Below, piece by piece: positions 10,273 to 19,629 of a DNA stretch of 64,000 bases; position 1 is the first letter of the stretch, and each line of letters opens with the position of its first letter. Made by a program: the position numbers and the translations under genes. Origin of the DNA: Burkholderiaceae bacterium (GTDB lineage: Bacteria > Pseudomonadota > Gammaproteobacteria > Burkholderiales > Burkholderiaceae_C); NCBI GenBank assembly GCA_026125795.1, contig JAHCKM010000006.1, forward strand, positions 75,719 to 139,718, given 5' to 3'. The notes under the pieces were generated by a model, which was not told the DNA's origin, made no database searches, and was given only the letters and a program-made list of their open reading frames with translations.

Positions 10273-10314
10273 ACCGTCCAGACGGTTGACGACCGACCGG
10301 CTGGACGGTTAACT
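10273..10314 (+). promoter_or_regulatory. candidate tetR-RND promoter (TTGACG-17 nt-TTAACT) overlapped by inverted repeats (putative TetR operator)
   Basis: The palindrome ACCGTCCAGACGGT lies at 10273-10286. ACCGTCCAG (10273-10281) is also the reverse complement of CTGGACGGT (10301-10309). TTGACG is at 10286-10291 and TTAACT at 10309-10314, only 8 nt before ATG 10323. Confidence 0.4.
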
Positions 10315-10322
10315 TTCGCGCC

Positions 10323-11033
10323 ATGGATTCAGGACCTTTCAGCGGCCCGCTGCCGACACCCTCCGCCGGCGCATCGCACGGCCTCGCCGCCGGCGCCACG
10401 CCGCCTTCGCGCGAGGACCTGCTGCTCGATGCGGCCGAGGCGGTGATCGTGCGCGACGGCATCGCCAGCCTCACGCTCGACGCGGTGGCGGCACAGGCCG
10501 GCGTCAGCAAGGGCGGCTTGTTGCACCACTTTCCCAACAAGGACCGGTTGGTCCAGGCGCTGGTCGTGCGCACCGCCAGCGCGATCCGCGAGCACTACGA
10601 GCAGGCCTGGCGCGAAACGCCCGAAGGCCCGGGCCGCATGGCGCGCGCACTGCTCGAGGCCAACCTGCGCGACATGAACGAATGGTGCGTGAGCTGCCGC
10701 CGCGGCTCGGCCGCAGCGTTTGCCGCGCTGGCGCACAACCCGGCGCTGATCGAGCCGATGCGCGCCACCTACGGCGAGCTGTACCGCCGCGTCGCGCAAG
10801 ACGATGGCCTGCCGCCGGGCGTGGGCGATGCCGTGGTGGCGGCCATCGACGGCCTGTGGCTGTATTGGGTGCTCGGCCTCGTGCCGGTGGACCAGAACAT
10901 GATCGTGCGCGTGCGCAACGCGCTCGGACACATCCTGGCGCTGTCGCAGCCGGACAAGCGGCCCGCGAAGCGCAAGTCCAACGCAACGCGCAAGACGCCG
11001 GCGCCCCCGCGCGCCGCGCTGCGCCGCAAGTGA
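10323..11033 (+). CDS. TetR/AcrR family transcriptional regulator
   Basis: An HTH region typical of TetR is present: LLLDAAEAVIVRDGIASLTLDAVAAQAGVSKGGLLHHFPNKDRLV. Confidence 0.9.
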   Translation: MDSGPFSGPLPTPSAGASHGLAAGATPPSREDLLLDAAEAVIVRDGIASLTLDAVAAQAGVSKGGLLHHFPNKDRLVQALVVRTASAIREHYEQAWRETPEGPGRMARALLEANLRDMNEWCVSCRRGSAAAFAALAHNPALIEPMRATYGELYRRVAQDDGLPPGVGDAVVAAIDGLWLYWVLGLVPVDQNMIVRVRNALGHILALSQPDKRPAKRKSNATRKTPAPPRAALRRK

Positions 11034-11050
11034 AAAGAAAGGCATCACAG

Positions 11051-12196
11051 ATGAACCGCTGGATTGCATCGGGCGTGCTGCTCGTTTCGGTGGCCGGTGT
11101 GGGCGCGAGCCTTGCCGGCTGGAAGTACGCATCGCTGGCCGACGCCGATGCCGCATCGGCCCAGGCACCCGAGCCGACCGAGTCGGTCAGCGCCGCCATG
11201 GCGCAGCCGCGCGAGCACCGCCCATCGGTGAGCGCGATCGGCACCGTGCTCGCACTGCGTTCGGTCACGCTGCGCAACGAGCTGGCCGGCACCGTGAAGC
11301 ACGTGGCGCTGCACCCGGGGCAGATCGTCGAGCCGGGCACCGTGCTGGTCGCGCTCGACGTGTCGGTGGAGGAGGCCGACCTGAGGGCGCAGCAGGCGCA
11401 GCTCGCGCTGGCCAGAAGCGCGCTCGAGCGCCTGGAGAAGCTGCGCGAGCACAACGCCACCTCGGACGTCGAGGTCGACAAGGCGCGTGCCGAACACGAC
11501 GTGACCCTGGCGCAGATCGCGCGCACGCAGGCCGTCATCGCGCGCAAGACCATCCGCGTGCCGTTTCGCGCGCGCGTCGGCCTGGCCGACGTGCATCCGG
11601 GCCAATACCTGAACGAAGGCACGCCGCTCACCACGCTGCAGAGCGTCGACGATGCGCTGCACGTGGACTTTGCCGTGCCTCAGGCGGTGGCTGCGGGCCT
11701 GAAGCCCGGCGACCGCGTCGACGTGTTCGCCGGCCACACGATCGAGCCGATCGTGGCCAAGGTGGCGGCGCTCGATGCCCGGGTGGATCCGGCCACGCGC
11801 AACAGCACGGTGCGCGCGCGCATCGAGCTCAACACGAAGGGCGCGAAGGCCGCAGTGGCGCCGGTGCCGGGCTCGTCGGTGCGCGTCAGCGTGGGCGTCG
11901 GCGCGCCGAGCCGCGTGGTGGCGATTCCGGCCACCGCGCTGCGCAAGGGGCCGAGCGGCGACCATGTGTTCGTGCTGGCGGCCGATGCGCACCGACAGAT
12001 GCGCGCGTCGTCGCGTCCCGTGCGCGTGGGCGCCACGCTCGGCGACGAGGTGCTGATCGTCGAAGGTCTCACGGCCGGCGAGCAGGTGGCCACCTCGGGC
12101 TCGTTCAAGCTGCGCGACGCCGTGCGCGTGGCGGTGTCGAGCAACACCACCGCCCGCAACGCGGCGGCGCGAACGCCCGGCGCCGGCGGCGGCTGA
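11051..12196 (+). CDS. RND efflux periplasmic adaptor (membrane fusion protein, HlyD family)
   Basis: ATG 11051 lies inside ORF 10682..12196. It has an N-terminal anchor (MNRWIASGVLLVSVAGVGASLA), a coiled-coil hairpin (EEADLRAQQAQLALARSALERLEKL) and a beta-barrel part. It sits immediately upstream of the RND pump. Confidence 0.9.
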   Translation: MNRWIASGVLLVSVAGVGASLAGWKYASLADADAASAQAPEPTESVSAAMAQPREHRPSVSAIGTVLALRSVTLRNELAGTVKHVALHPGQIVEPGTVLVALDVSVEEADLRAQQAQLALARSALERLEKLREHNATSDVEVDKARAEHDVTLAQIARTQAVIARKTIRVPFRARVGLADVHPGQYLNEGTPLTTLQSVDDALHVDFAVPQAVAAGLKPGDRVDVFAGHTIEPIVAKVAALDARVDPATRNSTVRARIELNTKGAKAAVAPVPGSSVRVSVGVGAPSRVVAIPATALRKGPSGDHVFVLAADAHRQMRASSRPVRVGATLGDEVLIVEGLTAGEQVATSGSFKLRDAVRVAVSSNTTARNAAARTPGAGGG

Positions 12197-12303
12197 TCGC
12201 GCCGGCCCCACACCGCATCACCGGGTCCTGACGGCGGCGCGTCCGCGCGCCGCGACGGGCACCGCTTTGTCCATCGAAACCCATTCGCACGGTTGAAACT
12301 GAC

Positions 12304-15300
12304 ATGCGCTCGATCACCGATCTCTTCATCAAGCACCCGGTCCTCGCGGTGGTGGTCAACCTCGTGATCGTCCTGATCGGCTGGCGTTCGCTGGCCACGC
12401 TGCCGGTGCAGCAGTACCCGAATCTGGAAAGCTCGTCGGTGATCATCACCACGGTCTACACCGGCGCCAGTGCCGAGACCGTGCGCGGCTTTCTCACCAC
12501 GCCGATCGAGCGCGCGGTGTCGGCGATCAGCGGCGTCGACCATGTGGAGTCGAGCAGCCGCGCCGGCGTCAGCACGGTGACCGTGCGCCTCAAGCTCAAC
12601 CACAGCTCGACCGCCGCGCTCGCCGAGGTGACGGCACGATTGCAGCAGGTGCGCTCCGAGCTGCCGGCCGAGGCCGAGCCGCCGGCGCTGGAGGTGCAGC
12701 GCGCCGACCGTCCGTACGGCACGTTCTATCTGAGCTTCAACTCCAGCGAGCGCAGCGTGTCGGCCATCACCGACTACCTGCTGCGCAACGTGCAGCCGCA
12801 GCTGGCCACCATCAACGGCGTGCAGCGCGTCACCAACAACGAAGGCGGCCGCAACATCGCGATGCGCGTGTGGATCGATCCGCACCGCCTCGCCGCGTTG
12901 AACCTGACGCCCGGCGACGTGCAGGCCGCGCTCCAGCGCAACAACTACCTCGCCGCGGTAGGCCAGACGCGCAACGACCTGGTGCAGGTCAACGTGCTGG
13001 CCAACACCGACTTGCGCTCGGTCGAGGAGTTCAAGCAGCTGATCGTCGCCGAGCGCCGCGGCGCGGTGGTGCGGCTGGCCGACGTGGCACGCGTGGAGCT
13101 GGGTGCCGAAGAGGCGCAGCTGGTGGCCAAGTACAACGCGCAGGAGGGCGTCTACCTCGGCATCTGGCCGGTGCCGGGCGCCAACGAGCTGCAGGTGGCC
13201 GACGGCCTGCGCGCCAAGATGCAAGAGATCCGTCCGACGCTGCCCAAGGACATCGAGATGCGGCTGGTGTGGGACGGCACGATGTTCATGCGCGACGCGC
13301 TCACCGAGATCAGCAAGACGCTGGCCGAGACCGTGGGCATCGTCGCGCTGGTGGTGTTCCTGTTCCTCGGCTCGGCGCGCACCGCGCTGGTGCCGCTGGT
13401 GGCGATGCCGGTGTCGCTGATCGGCGCTGGCGCGGTGATGTTCGCGTTCGGCTTCAGCCTCAACCTGCTGACCATCCTGGCGATCGTGCTGTCGGTGGGC
13501 CTGGTGGTCGACGACGCGATCGTCGTGGTGGAAAACGTCGAGCGCCACGTGCGCGAGGGCAAGACCCGCATCGAAGCCGCACTGGCCGGCGCGCGCGAGC
13601 TGCTCGGGCCGATCGTCGCGATGACGATCACGCTGGCCGCGGTGTACGCGCCCATCGGCATCCAGAGCGGCCTCACCGGTGCGCTGTTCCTCGAGTTCGC
13701 GATCACGCTGGCCGCCGCGGTGGTGGTCTCGGGCATCGTCGCGATCACGCTGTCGCCGGTGATGAGCGCGCACTTCGTGCACGAGAGCGGGCACCAGGGC
13801 CGGCTCACGCGCTGGGTCAACCTGCAGTTCGACCGCGTGCGGGCTTTCTATGCGCGTGTGCTCGAGGTGTCGCTGGCGATGCGCTGGACGATCGTCGGCG
13901 CCGCGCTGCTGATCAGCGCCGCCGCCTATCCGCTGTACACCTTCTCGCGCCAGGAGCTGGCGCCGGTGGAGGACCAGCGCCACATCAGCCTGTTCTTCGA
14001 GGCCTCGCCCGATGCGTCGCTGGCGGCGACCAACCGCGACCACCTCGACGTGGTGAAGGCGGTGCGCGCGTTCCCGGAAACCGAGTTCACCTGGTCGCTT
14101 ACCGCCAACTGGGGCGGCTTCGGCGGCATCGTCGCCAAGGATTGGACCCAGCGCGAGCGTTCCACCGAGCAGATGTACGGCGAGGTCTACGGCGCGGTGT
14201 CGCAGGTGCCGGGGTTGCGCGTGTTCCCACGCCTCGATCCGCCGCTGCCCACGCCGGGCCAGTACGACGTGGAGCTGGTGCTGCAAAGCGACGTGGCGCC
14301 CGAGCAGCTGCAGGGTATCGTGCAGCAGGTGGTGGGCGCCGGATTGCAGAGCGGCAAGTTCCTGTACGTGGACACCGACCTGAAGATCGACCTGCCCGAG
14401 GCGCGCGTGGTGCTCGACCGCGAGCGCATCGCCGACCTCGGCCTCGACCTCGCCGGCGTCGGCCGCGAGCTCGGCACGCTGCTCGGCGGCAACCACGTCA
14501 ACCGCTTCAACTTCTTCGACCGCAGCTACAAGGTGATCCCGCAGATCGGCGACGACGGCCGCGCGTCGCTGGCGCCGCTGCTCGACCTGAAGATCAAGAC
14601 GCCGGCCGGCGACCTGGTGCCGGTGTCGACCTTTGCGCACATCGAGACCAGCACCGCGCCGCGCACGCTCAACCGCTTCCAGCAGCGCAACGCGCTGCGC
14701 GTGTTCGGCGGCGTGAAGCCCGGCGTGACCAAGGAAGAGGGCCTGCGCGTGCTGGAAGACGCCGCGCGCGCCGCCGGCGGCTCGAGCATCACGCTCGACC
14801 ATGCCGGCGAGTCGCGCCAGATCCGCCACGAGGGCGGCGCGCTCGCACTGACCCTGGGCTTCTCGCTGGTGCTGATCTATCTCGTGCTGGCGGCGCAGTT
14901 CAAGAGCTTCCGCGATCCGCTGATCGTGCTGCTCGGCTCGGTGCCGCTGGCGATCTCCGGCGCGCTGGTGTTCAGCTTCCTCGACCTGACGACGATCAAC
15001 ATCTACTCGCAGGTGGGCCTGATCACGCTGGTGGGCCTGATCGCGAAGAACGGCATCCTGATCGTCGAGTTCGCCAACACGCTGCAGGAGCGCGGGCGGG
15101 CCAAGCTCGCGGCACTGCGCGAGGCCGCGCTCACAAGGCTGCGTCCGGTGCTGATGACGTCGGCGGCCACCGTGTTCGGCCACCTGCCGCTGGTGCTGGT
15201 GTCGGGCCCCGGTGCCGAGGCGCGCAACAGCATCGGCACGGTGCTGGTCACCGGCATGGTGGTGGGCACGGTGTTCACGCTGGTGGTGGTGCCGGTGTTC

Positions 15301-15375
15301 TACGCGCTGATCGCCAAGGACCGCAGCGCGGCGCATGCGGCGGGGCGGCTCCAGGCCGCAGCGGTCGCCGCATGA
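12304..15375 (+). CDS. RND family efflux permease (AcrB/MexB-like, hydrophobe/amphiphile type)
   Basis: A 1023-aa protein with an AcrB-type N terminus (MRSITDLFIKHPVLAVVVNLVIVLIGWRSLATLPVQQYPNLE) and 12-TM architecture with two large periplasmic loops. Confidence 0.95.
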   Translation: MRSITDLFIKHPVLAVVVNLVIVLIGWRSLATLPVQQYPNLESSSVIITTVYTGASAETVRGFLTTPIERAVSAISGVDHVESSSRAGVSTVTVRLKLNHSSTAALAEVTARLQQVRSELPAEAEPPALEVQRADRPYGTFYLSFNSSERSVSAITDYLLRNVQPQLATINGVQRVTNNEGGRNIAMRVWIDPHRLAALNLTPGDVQAALQRNNYLAAVGQTRNDLVQVNVLANTDLRSVEEFKQLIVAERRGAVVRLADVARVELGAEEAQLVAKYNAQEGVYLGIWPVPGANELQVADGLRAKMQEIRPTLPKDIEMRLVWDGTMFMRDALTEISKTLAETVGIVALVVFLFLGSARTALVPLVAMPVSLIGAGAVMFAFGFSLNLLTILAIVLSVGLVVDDAIVVVENVERHVREGKTRIEAALAGARELLGPIVAMTITLAAVYAPIGIQSGLTGALFLEFAITLAAAVVVSGIVAITLSPVMSAHFVHESGHQGRLTRWVNLQFDRVRAFYARVLEVSLAMRWTIVGAALLISAAAYPLYTFSRQELAPVEDQRHISLFFEASPDASLAATNRDHLDVVKAVRAFPETEFTWSLTANWGGFGGIVAKDWTQRERSTEQMYGEVYGAVSQVPGLRVFPRLDPPLPTPGQYDVELVLQSDVAPEQLQGIVQQVVGAGLQSGKFLYVDTDLKIDLPEARVVLDRERIADLGLDLAGVGRELGTLLGGNHVNRFNFFDRSYKVIPQIGDDGRASLAPLLDLKIKTPAGDLVPVSTFAHIETSTAPRTLNRFQQRNALRVFGGVKPGVTKEEGLRVLEDAARAAGGSSITLDHAGESRQIRHEGGALALTLGFSLVLIYLVLAAQFKSFRDPLIVLLGSVPLAISGALVFSFLDLTTINIYSQVGLITLVGLIAKNGILIVEFANTLQERGRAKLAALREAALTRLRPVLMTSAATVFGHLPLVLVSGPGAEARNSIGTVLVTGMVVGTVFTLVVVPVFYALIAKDRSAAHAAGRLQAAAVAA

Positions 15376-15401
15376 GCCGATCGATTTGAGGACGCACGCA
15401 C

Positions 15402-16829
15402 ATGAAACGCCTCTTCACTTTCACGCTTCCCTTGCTGGTGGCGGCCGTGCTCGCCGCCTGCGCCAACCTGGCACCTGAGGTGCAGCGCCCGGCGGCGCCG
15501 GTGCCGGCGGCGTGGCCGAGCGGGCCGTCGTATGCCGCCACGGGTGCGGCCGGTAGCGCCGCCGACCTCGCGTGGCAGGACTTCTTCGTGGATGCGCGGC
15601 TGCGCGAGCTGGTGGCGCAGGCGCTGACCCACAACCGCGACCTGCGCGTCGCCGCGCTGCAGATCGACCGGGCGCGCGCGCTGTACCAGATCCAGCGCGC
15701 CGATCGGTATCCGACGGTGGACGCCGCGGCCGGCTTCAGCGCGCAGCGCGTGCCGGCGGGCCTGTCGCCCACCGGTGAACGCACGACGTCGCGCCAGTAC
15801 GAGGCCGGCATCGGATTCAGCCTCTACGAGATCGACCTGTTCGGACGCGTGCGCAACCTCAACGAGCAGGCGCTGCAGGCGTACTTCTCCACCGCCGAAG
15901 CGCGCCGCAGCGTGCACATCAGTCTGATCAGCGAGGTGGCCAACGCCTACCTGACGCTGGCCGCCGATCGCGAGCGGCTGCGCCTGGCGCAGAGCACCTT
16001 CGACACGCAGCACAGCGCCTACACGCTGATCCGCCGGCGCTTCGAGCTCGGCGCCGCGTCGCAGCTTGACCTGCGGCGCGCACAGACCACCGTCGATGCA
16101 GCGCGCGCCGACGTCGCGCGTTTCACAAGCCGGGTGGCGCAGGACGAGAACGCGCTCGCGCTGCTGCTCGGCACGCCGCTGCGCGCCGAGTGGTTGCCCG
16201 ACGGCCTGGCGCCGGTGGCGTCGCTGGCCGACGTGCCGGTCGGCGTGCCGTCCGAGGTGTTGCAGCGCCGGCCCGACATCCGCCAGGCCGAGCACCGGCT
16301 GCAAGCCGCGCACGCCAACATCGGCGCGGCACGCGCGGCGTTCTTTCCGAGCGTGACGCTCACCGCGGCCGGTGGTGTGGCCAGCTCCACGCTGTCCGAC
16401 TTGTTCCGCGGTGGAGCGGGCGCGTGGAGCTTCGTGCCGCAGGTGGTCCTGCCGATCTTCGACGGCGGGCGCAACCGCGCCACGCTGCAGGCCGCCGAGG
16501 TCGAGCGCGACATCACGCTGGCCGAATACGAGCGCGCGGTCCAGGGCGCGTTCCGCGAGGTGGCCGATGCACTGGCCGCGCGCGGCATGCTCGGCGAGCA
16601 GCTCGGCGCACAGCAGTCGCTGGTGGACGCCGCGGCCGACAGCCACCGGCTGTCCGACATACGGTTCCGCCAGGGCGCCGAGAGTTACCTCGCCGTGCTC
16701 GATGCGCAGCGCTCGATGTATGCCGCGCAGCAGGACCTGATCAGCGTGCGCCTGTCGCGGCTGGTCAACCAGGTCACGCTGTACAAGGTGCTCGGCGGCG
16801 GCTGGAGCGGGCCGGCGGTCAGCGGTTGA
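15402..16829 (+). CDS. efflux outer-membrane factor lipoprotein (NodT/OprM family)
   Basis: It has a lipobox (LVAAVLAAC) and repeated OMF motifs (RADRYPTVDA..., FFPSVTLTAAGG..., LYKVLGGGW). It is the last gene of the efflux operon. Confidence 0.9.
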   Translation: MKRLFTFTLPLLVAAVLAACANLAPEVQRPAAPVPAAWPSGPSYAATGAAGSAADLAWQDFFVDARLRELVAQALTHNRDLRVAALQIDRARALYQIQRADRYPTVDAAAGFSAQRVPAGLSPTGERTTSRQYEAGIGFSLYEIDLFGRVRNLNEQALQAYFSTAEARRSVHISLISEVANAYLTLAADRERLRLAQSTFDTQHSAYTLIRRRFELGAASQLDLRRAQTTVDAARADVARFTSRVAQDENALALLLGTPLRAEWLPDGLAPVASLADVPVGVPSEVLQRRPDIRQAEHRLQAAHANIGAARAAFFPSVTLTAAGGVASSTLSDLFRGGAGAWSFVPQVVLPIFDGGRNRATLQAAEVERDITLAEYERAVQGAFREVADALAARGMLGEQLGAQQSLVDAAADSHRLSDIRFRQGAESYLAVLDAQRSMYAAQQDLISVRLSRLVNQVTLYKVLGGGWSGPAVSG

Positions 16830-16865
16830 GGCGGCGCGCCTCGCGCCTCGCGGCGCGAAGTGCTC

Positions 16866-17405
16866 TCAGTGCGCGCCGTGCGAACGTTCCGTGTGTCGCA
16901 GCGGCGATTGCACGAGCGCCACGAGTTCGCTGTGCACCTGCTGCGTCGCCTGCCAGTAGGCGGACTGGGCTTCGCGCGCGCCGTCGAACGCGCTGCGCAG
17001 CGCGGCGGCACGAACTCCGTCGAGCTGCTGCATCTCGTCGAGCAATCGTTCGGTGGTGCGCCACAGCGCCGCGGTGGTGCGCTCGACATGGCCGCGTGTG
17101 AGGTTGAGCACCTGATCGGCCGACGTGGCGCAGATCTCGAAGCTGCGCCACGAATGGCGCCAGGTGTCGCTGCGCTGCTGCAGGTTGGCCGGCACCGGGA
17201 TGCGGCCATGCGCCAGCAGCGCGCGCGCGGCCGACAGGTTGAGCGACGTGGTGTTCTGCACGTTGGCCAGCAGCACGTCGGCGATCTGGCGCGCCAGCGC
17301 CGCGCACTGCTGCACCAGCGTCTCGCGCGTGTGCGCCGTGTCGGCGGCGGGCGGGGCGGCCGTGGCCGCAGCGACGGCGGCGCGTTCGATCGGGTGCACG
17401 TTCAT
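16866..17405 (-). CDS. phasin-like protein (PHA granule-associated family), tentative
   Basis: A 179-aa all-helical, Ala/Leu/Gln-rich protein. The segment LLANVQNTTSLNLSAARALLAHG resembles the phasin-family core. The label is weak. Confidence 0.55.
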   Translation of the reverse strand: MNVHPIERAAVAAATAAPPAADTAHTRETLVQQCAALARQIADVLLANVQNTTSLNLSAARALLAHGRIPVPANLQQRSDTWRHSWRSFEICATSADQVLNLTRGHVERTTAALWRTTERLLDEMQQLDGVRAAALRSAFDGAREAQSAYWQATQQVHSELVALVQSPLRHTERSHGAH

Positions 17406-17445
17406 GGCGGTCTCCTCTTGTCGTCTGCGGTGGCGAGCAGTGGCC

Positions 17446-17922
17446 TCAGGGCGCCGGCTTCAACGTCGACGTGATCGAGCGCACCACCTGCGTGGCCATG
17501 TTGAACTGCGCATCGCGGCTGGTGATGCCGTGGCGCTGGGCGATCCATGCAAAGTCGGTCCACACCGCCCACACCTGGCCGCCGTCGTCCTGCGTGAACA
17601 GCAGACGCACCGGCCAATCCAGGCCTGCGTCGGGGTTGCCGGTGATGAACTGCGTGCCGAGCGCCGGGTTGCCGAACTCCAGCAGCGTCGAGCGGCGCAG
17701 CGCGATGCCGTTCTTGGCGGCGAGCGCCGTCTGGTCGATCTCGTTGAAGAAGGTGATGCCCTTGGCCGCGATGTCGGCCTTGACGCGCGCAATCGACTCT
17801 TCCATCGAATAGGCGCTCTTCACGCGTTGCACGCCGTTGTCGCGTGCCTGGGCTTGCATCGGCAGCGCGATGCTCAGCGCGAGCAGCGAGCCGGTGACGA
17901 GGGAGCGGAGGGAGGGGGTCAT
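17446..17922 (-). CDS. DUF302 domain protein (secreted)
   Basis: It has a signal peptide (MTPSLRSLVTGSLLALSIALPMQAQA). The body IARVKADIAAKGITFFNEIDQ...LLEFGNPALGTQ...LDWPVRLLF is typical of DUF302. Confidence 0.8.
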   Translation of the reverse strand: MTPSLRSLVTGSLLALSIALPMQAQARDNGVQRVKSAYSMEESIARVKADIAAKGITFFNEIDQTALAAKNGIALRRSTLLEFGNPALGTQFITGNPDAGLDWPVRLLFTQDDGGQVWAVWTDFAWIAQRHGITSRDAQFNMATQVVRSITSTLKPAP

Positions 17923-18081
17923 GATGGATCCTGTGGGAAGGGTTTGGGGTTGTCGGGCACGGCCGTCGTGTCCGTGGCCGGGCCGGCAAGGAGGTCCACC
18001 AGGGTCAGGAACGCCATCGGGGCGACCGTAACGTCGCGGAACATGGCGTTGCTACCGGTTCAGTGGACCTCGCCGGCAAAC

Positions 18082-18564
18082 TCACATCATGTGTTCGTCG
18101 TGCTTGTCTTCCGAGCGGAACAGGTCGAACGCATAGATCACCACCGGCTTGCTGCCGTTGTTCTTCCACCAGTGCGACGTGGGGTAGCGCTCGGGCGTGA
18201 TGTCGCCGGTCTTGTGCTGGATCGGCACGGCGCAGGTGCTGGCGTACTCGGTGATCTCGCCCGAGGCGATCAGCAGCAGTGCGGGGCGGTCGCCGTGGCT
18301 GTGCCACGGCACCACGCCGCCGGGCGCGATGTCGAGCTTGCGCGCGCGGAACAGGCGGCCCTGGATCGACAGCGGCTCCTTGGCCACGTCGATCGACGTG
18401 ATCACCGCGTCGGTCACGCCGCTGGGGCCCAACGCCGACATCGGTTGACCGGTGCCATTGGGCCGGCGCTGGTCGGCCGGGCATTCGCCGGCCTGTGCAG
18501 CCGACAGCGCGCCGATCGACAGCAGGGCTGCAGCGGCCACGCGCAGAGTGAGAGTGCTTTTCAT
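18082..18564 (-). CDS. secreted cupin domain protein
   Basis: ATG 18564 lies inside ORF 18082..18795 and is preceded by AAGGAG. The signal peptide is MKSTLTLRVAAAALLSIGALSAAQA. Cupin motifs are present (GGVVPWHSHGDRPALLLIASGEI...). Confidence 0.75.
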   Translation of the reverse strand: MKSTLTLRVAAAALLSIGALSAAQAGECPADQRRPNGTGQPMSALGPSGVTDAVITSIDVAKEPLSIQGRLFRARKLDIAPGGVVPWHSHGDRPALLLIASGEITEYASTCAVPIQHKTGDITPERYPTSHWWKNNGSKPVVIYAFDLFRSEDKHDEHMM

Positions 18565-18793
18565 GGTTGCTCCTTGGGTTGAGGTGCGGCTGCGTGGCCG
18601 CGGTGAGAGTGAAAGATTGCTCCTTCGTCGGTGAACATGCTTTCGCATGTCCCTCGGGGCCGTCTGTCGCGCGCTCGGTCGATTCCTTACGCCACGTGTG
18701 GCGGCGGCGCCGTGAACGGGCGCCGGTCGGTCCGGCCCCGCCGCCGCGCCGGCCGGGCCGATACACTCGCGGCTGCCGTTGCACGCGCCGCGC

Positions 18794-19354
18794 ATGACCG
18801 AGTTCTTCGCCCAAGTCGAATCCCTGCGACCGCAGCTGCTGCGCTACGCCCGCTCGCAGCTGCGCAACGATGCGCTGGCCGAGGATGCGGTGTCCGAGAC
18901 CGTGCTGGCGGCGCTGGAGAAGCCGCAGGCCTTTGCCGGCCAGTCGCAGCTGAAGACCTGGCTGGTCGGCATCCTGAAGCACAAGGTCATCGACCAGCTG
19001 CGCCGCCACAGCCGCGAATGCACGATCCTGAGCGACGACGACGAGACCGATGTCGACGAGCTGCTGTTCCGGGCCGACGGCCACTGGCGCGAGGCGCCCC
19101 AGGAATGGGGCGATCCGGAGCGCACGCTGGGCCAGCGCCAGTTCTTCGAGGTGCTCGAGCTGTGCATGGAGCGCCTGCCGGCCACGCAGGGCCGCGTCTT
19201 CATGATGCGCGAGTGGCTCGAGCTGAGCACCGACGAGATCTGTAAGGAGCTGTCGATCACGCCGACCAACCTGTGGGTCCTGCTGCATCGGGCGCGTTTG
19301 CGCCTGCGCGATTGCCTCCAGCAGGGCTGGTTTTCCGGTCGGGCGGTCGCTTGA
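18794..19354 (+). CDS. ECF-type RNA polymerase sigma-70 family factor
   Basis: Sigma region 2 (LLRYARSQLRNDALAEDAVSETVLAAL...WLVGILKHKVID) and region 4 (VFMMREWLELSTDEICKELSITPTNLWVLLHRARLRLR) are both present. Confidence 0.85.
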   Translation: MTEFFAQVESLRPQLLRYARSQLRNDALAEDAVSETVLAALEKPQAFAGQSQLKTWLVGILKHKVIDQLRRHSRECTILSDDDETDVDELLFRADGHWREAPQEWGDPERTLGQRQFFEVLELCMERLPATQGRVFMMREWLELSTDEICKELSITPTNLWVLLHRARLRLRDCLQQGWFSGRAVA

Positions 19355-19363
19355 GCAGAGCCC

Positions 19364-19564
19364 ATGGACAAATACAGCTGTCGTGAAGCCACCCGCCTGT
19401 TGTTGCAGGAGCAGGATCGCGAGCTCACGACCGGCGAGAGCACCATGCTGCAGTTCCATCTGGGCATCTGCGCGGCCTGCCGCAAGTTCCGCGACCAGGC
19501 CGAGCTGATGCGCCAGGCCATGGCGCGCTGGCGCGGCTACCGCGACGACGACCAGGAAAAGTAA
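19364..19564 (+). CDS. small cytoplasmic zinc-finger (zf-HC2/ZAS-type) anti-sigma factor
   Basis: It starts 10 nt after the sigma gene. It is 66 aa with no TM segment and carries the H-x3-C-x2-C motif in FHLGICAACRKF. Confidence 0.7.
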   Translation: MDKYSCREATRLLLQEQDRELTTGESTMLQFHLGICAACRKFRDQAELMRQAMARWRGYRDDDQEK

Positions 19565-19629
19565 GGCGCATCGTTCGGGTCCGACTCAAGCGCACCAGTT
19601 GTCTGGGGCGACGCCAATCGGAGGACGCC

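Noticed and set aside
11680-15336. 1218-aa ORF antisense to the RND adaptor and pump genes.
   Set aside because: Its Arg/His/Asp/Gln-rich composition has no motifs, while the plus strand encodes an unmistakable AcrB-type pump. It is a shadow ORF.
18620-18665. ECF-type promoter (GAAC ... CGTC) in the cupin/sigma divergent region.
   Set aside because: The GAAC and CGTC elements are about 24 nt apart, well beyond the usual 16-17-nt spacing. It was kept only as a palindrome note inside the related finding.
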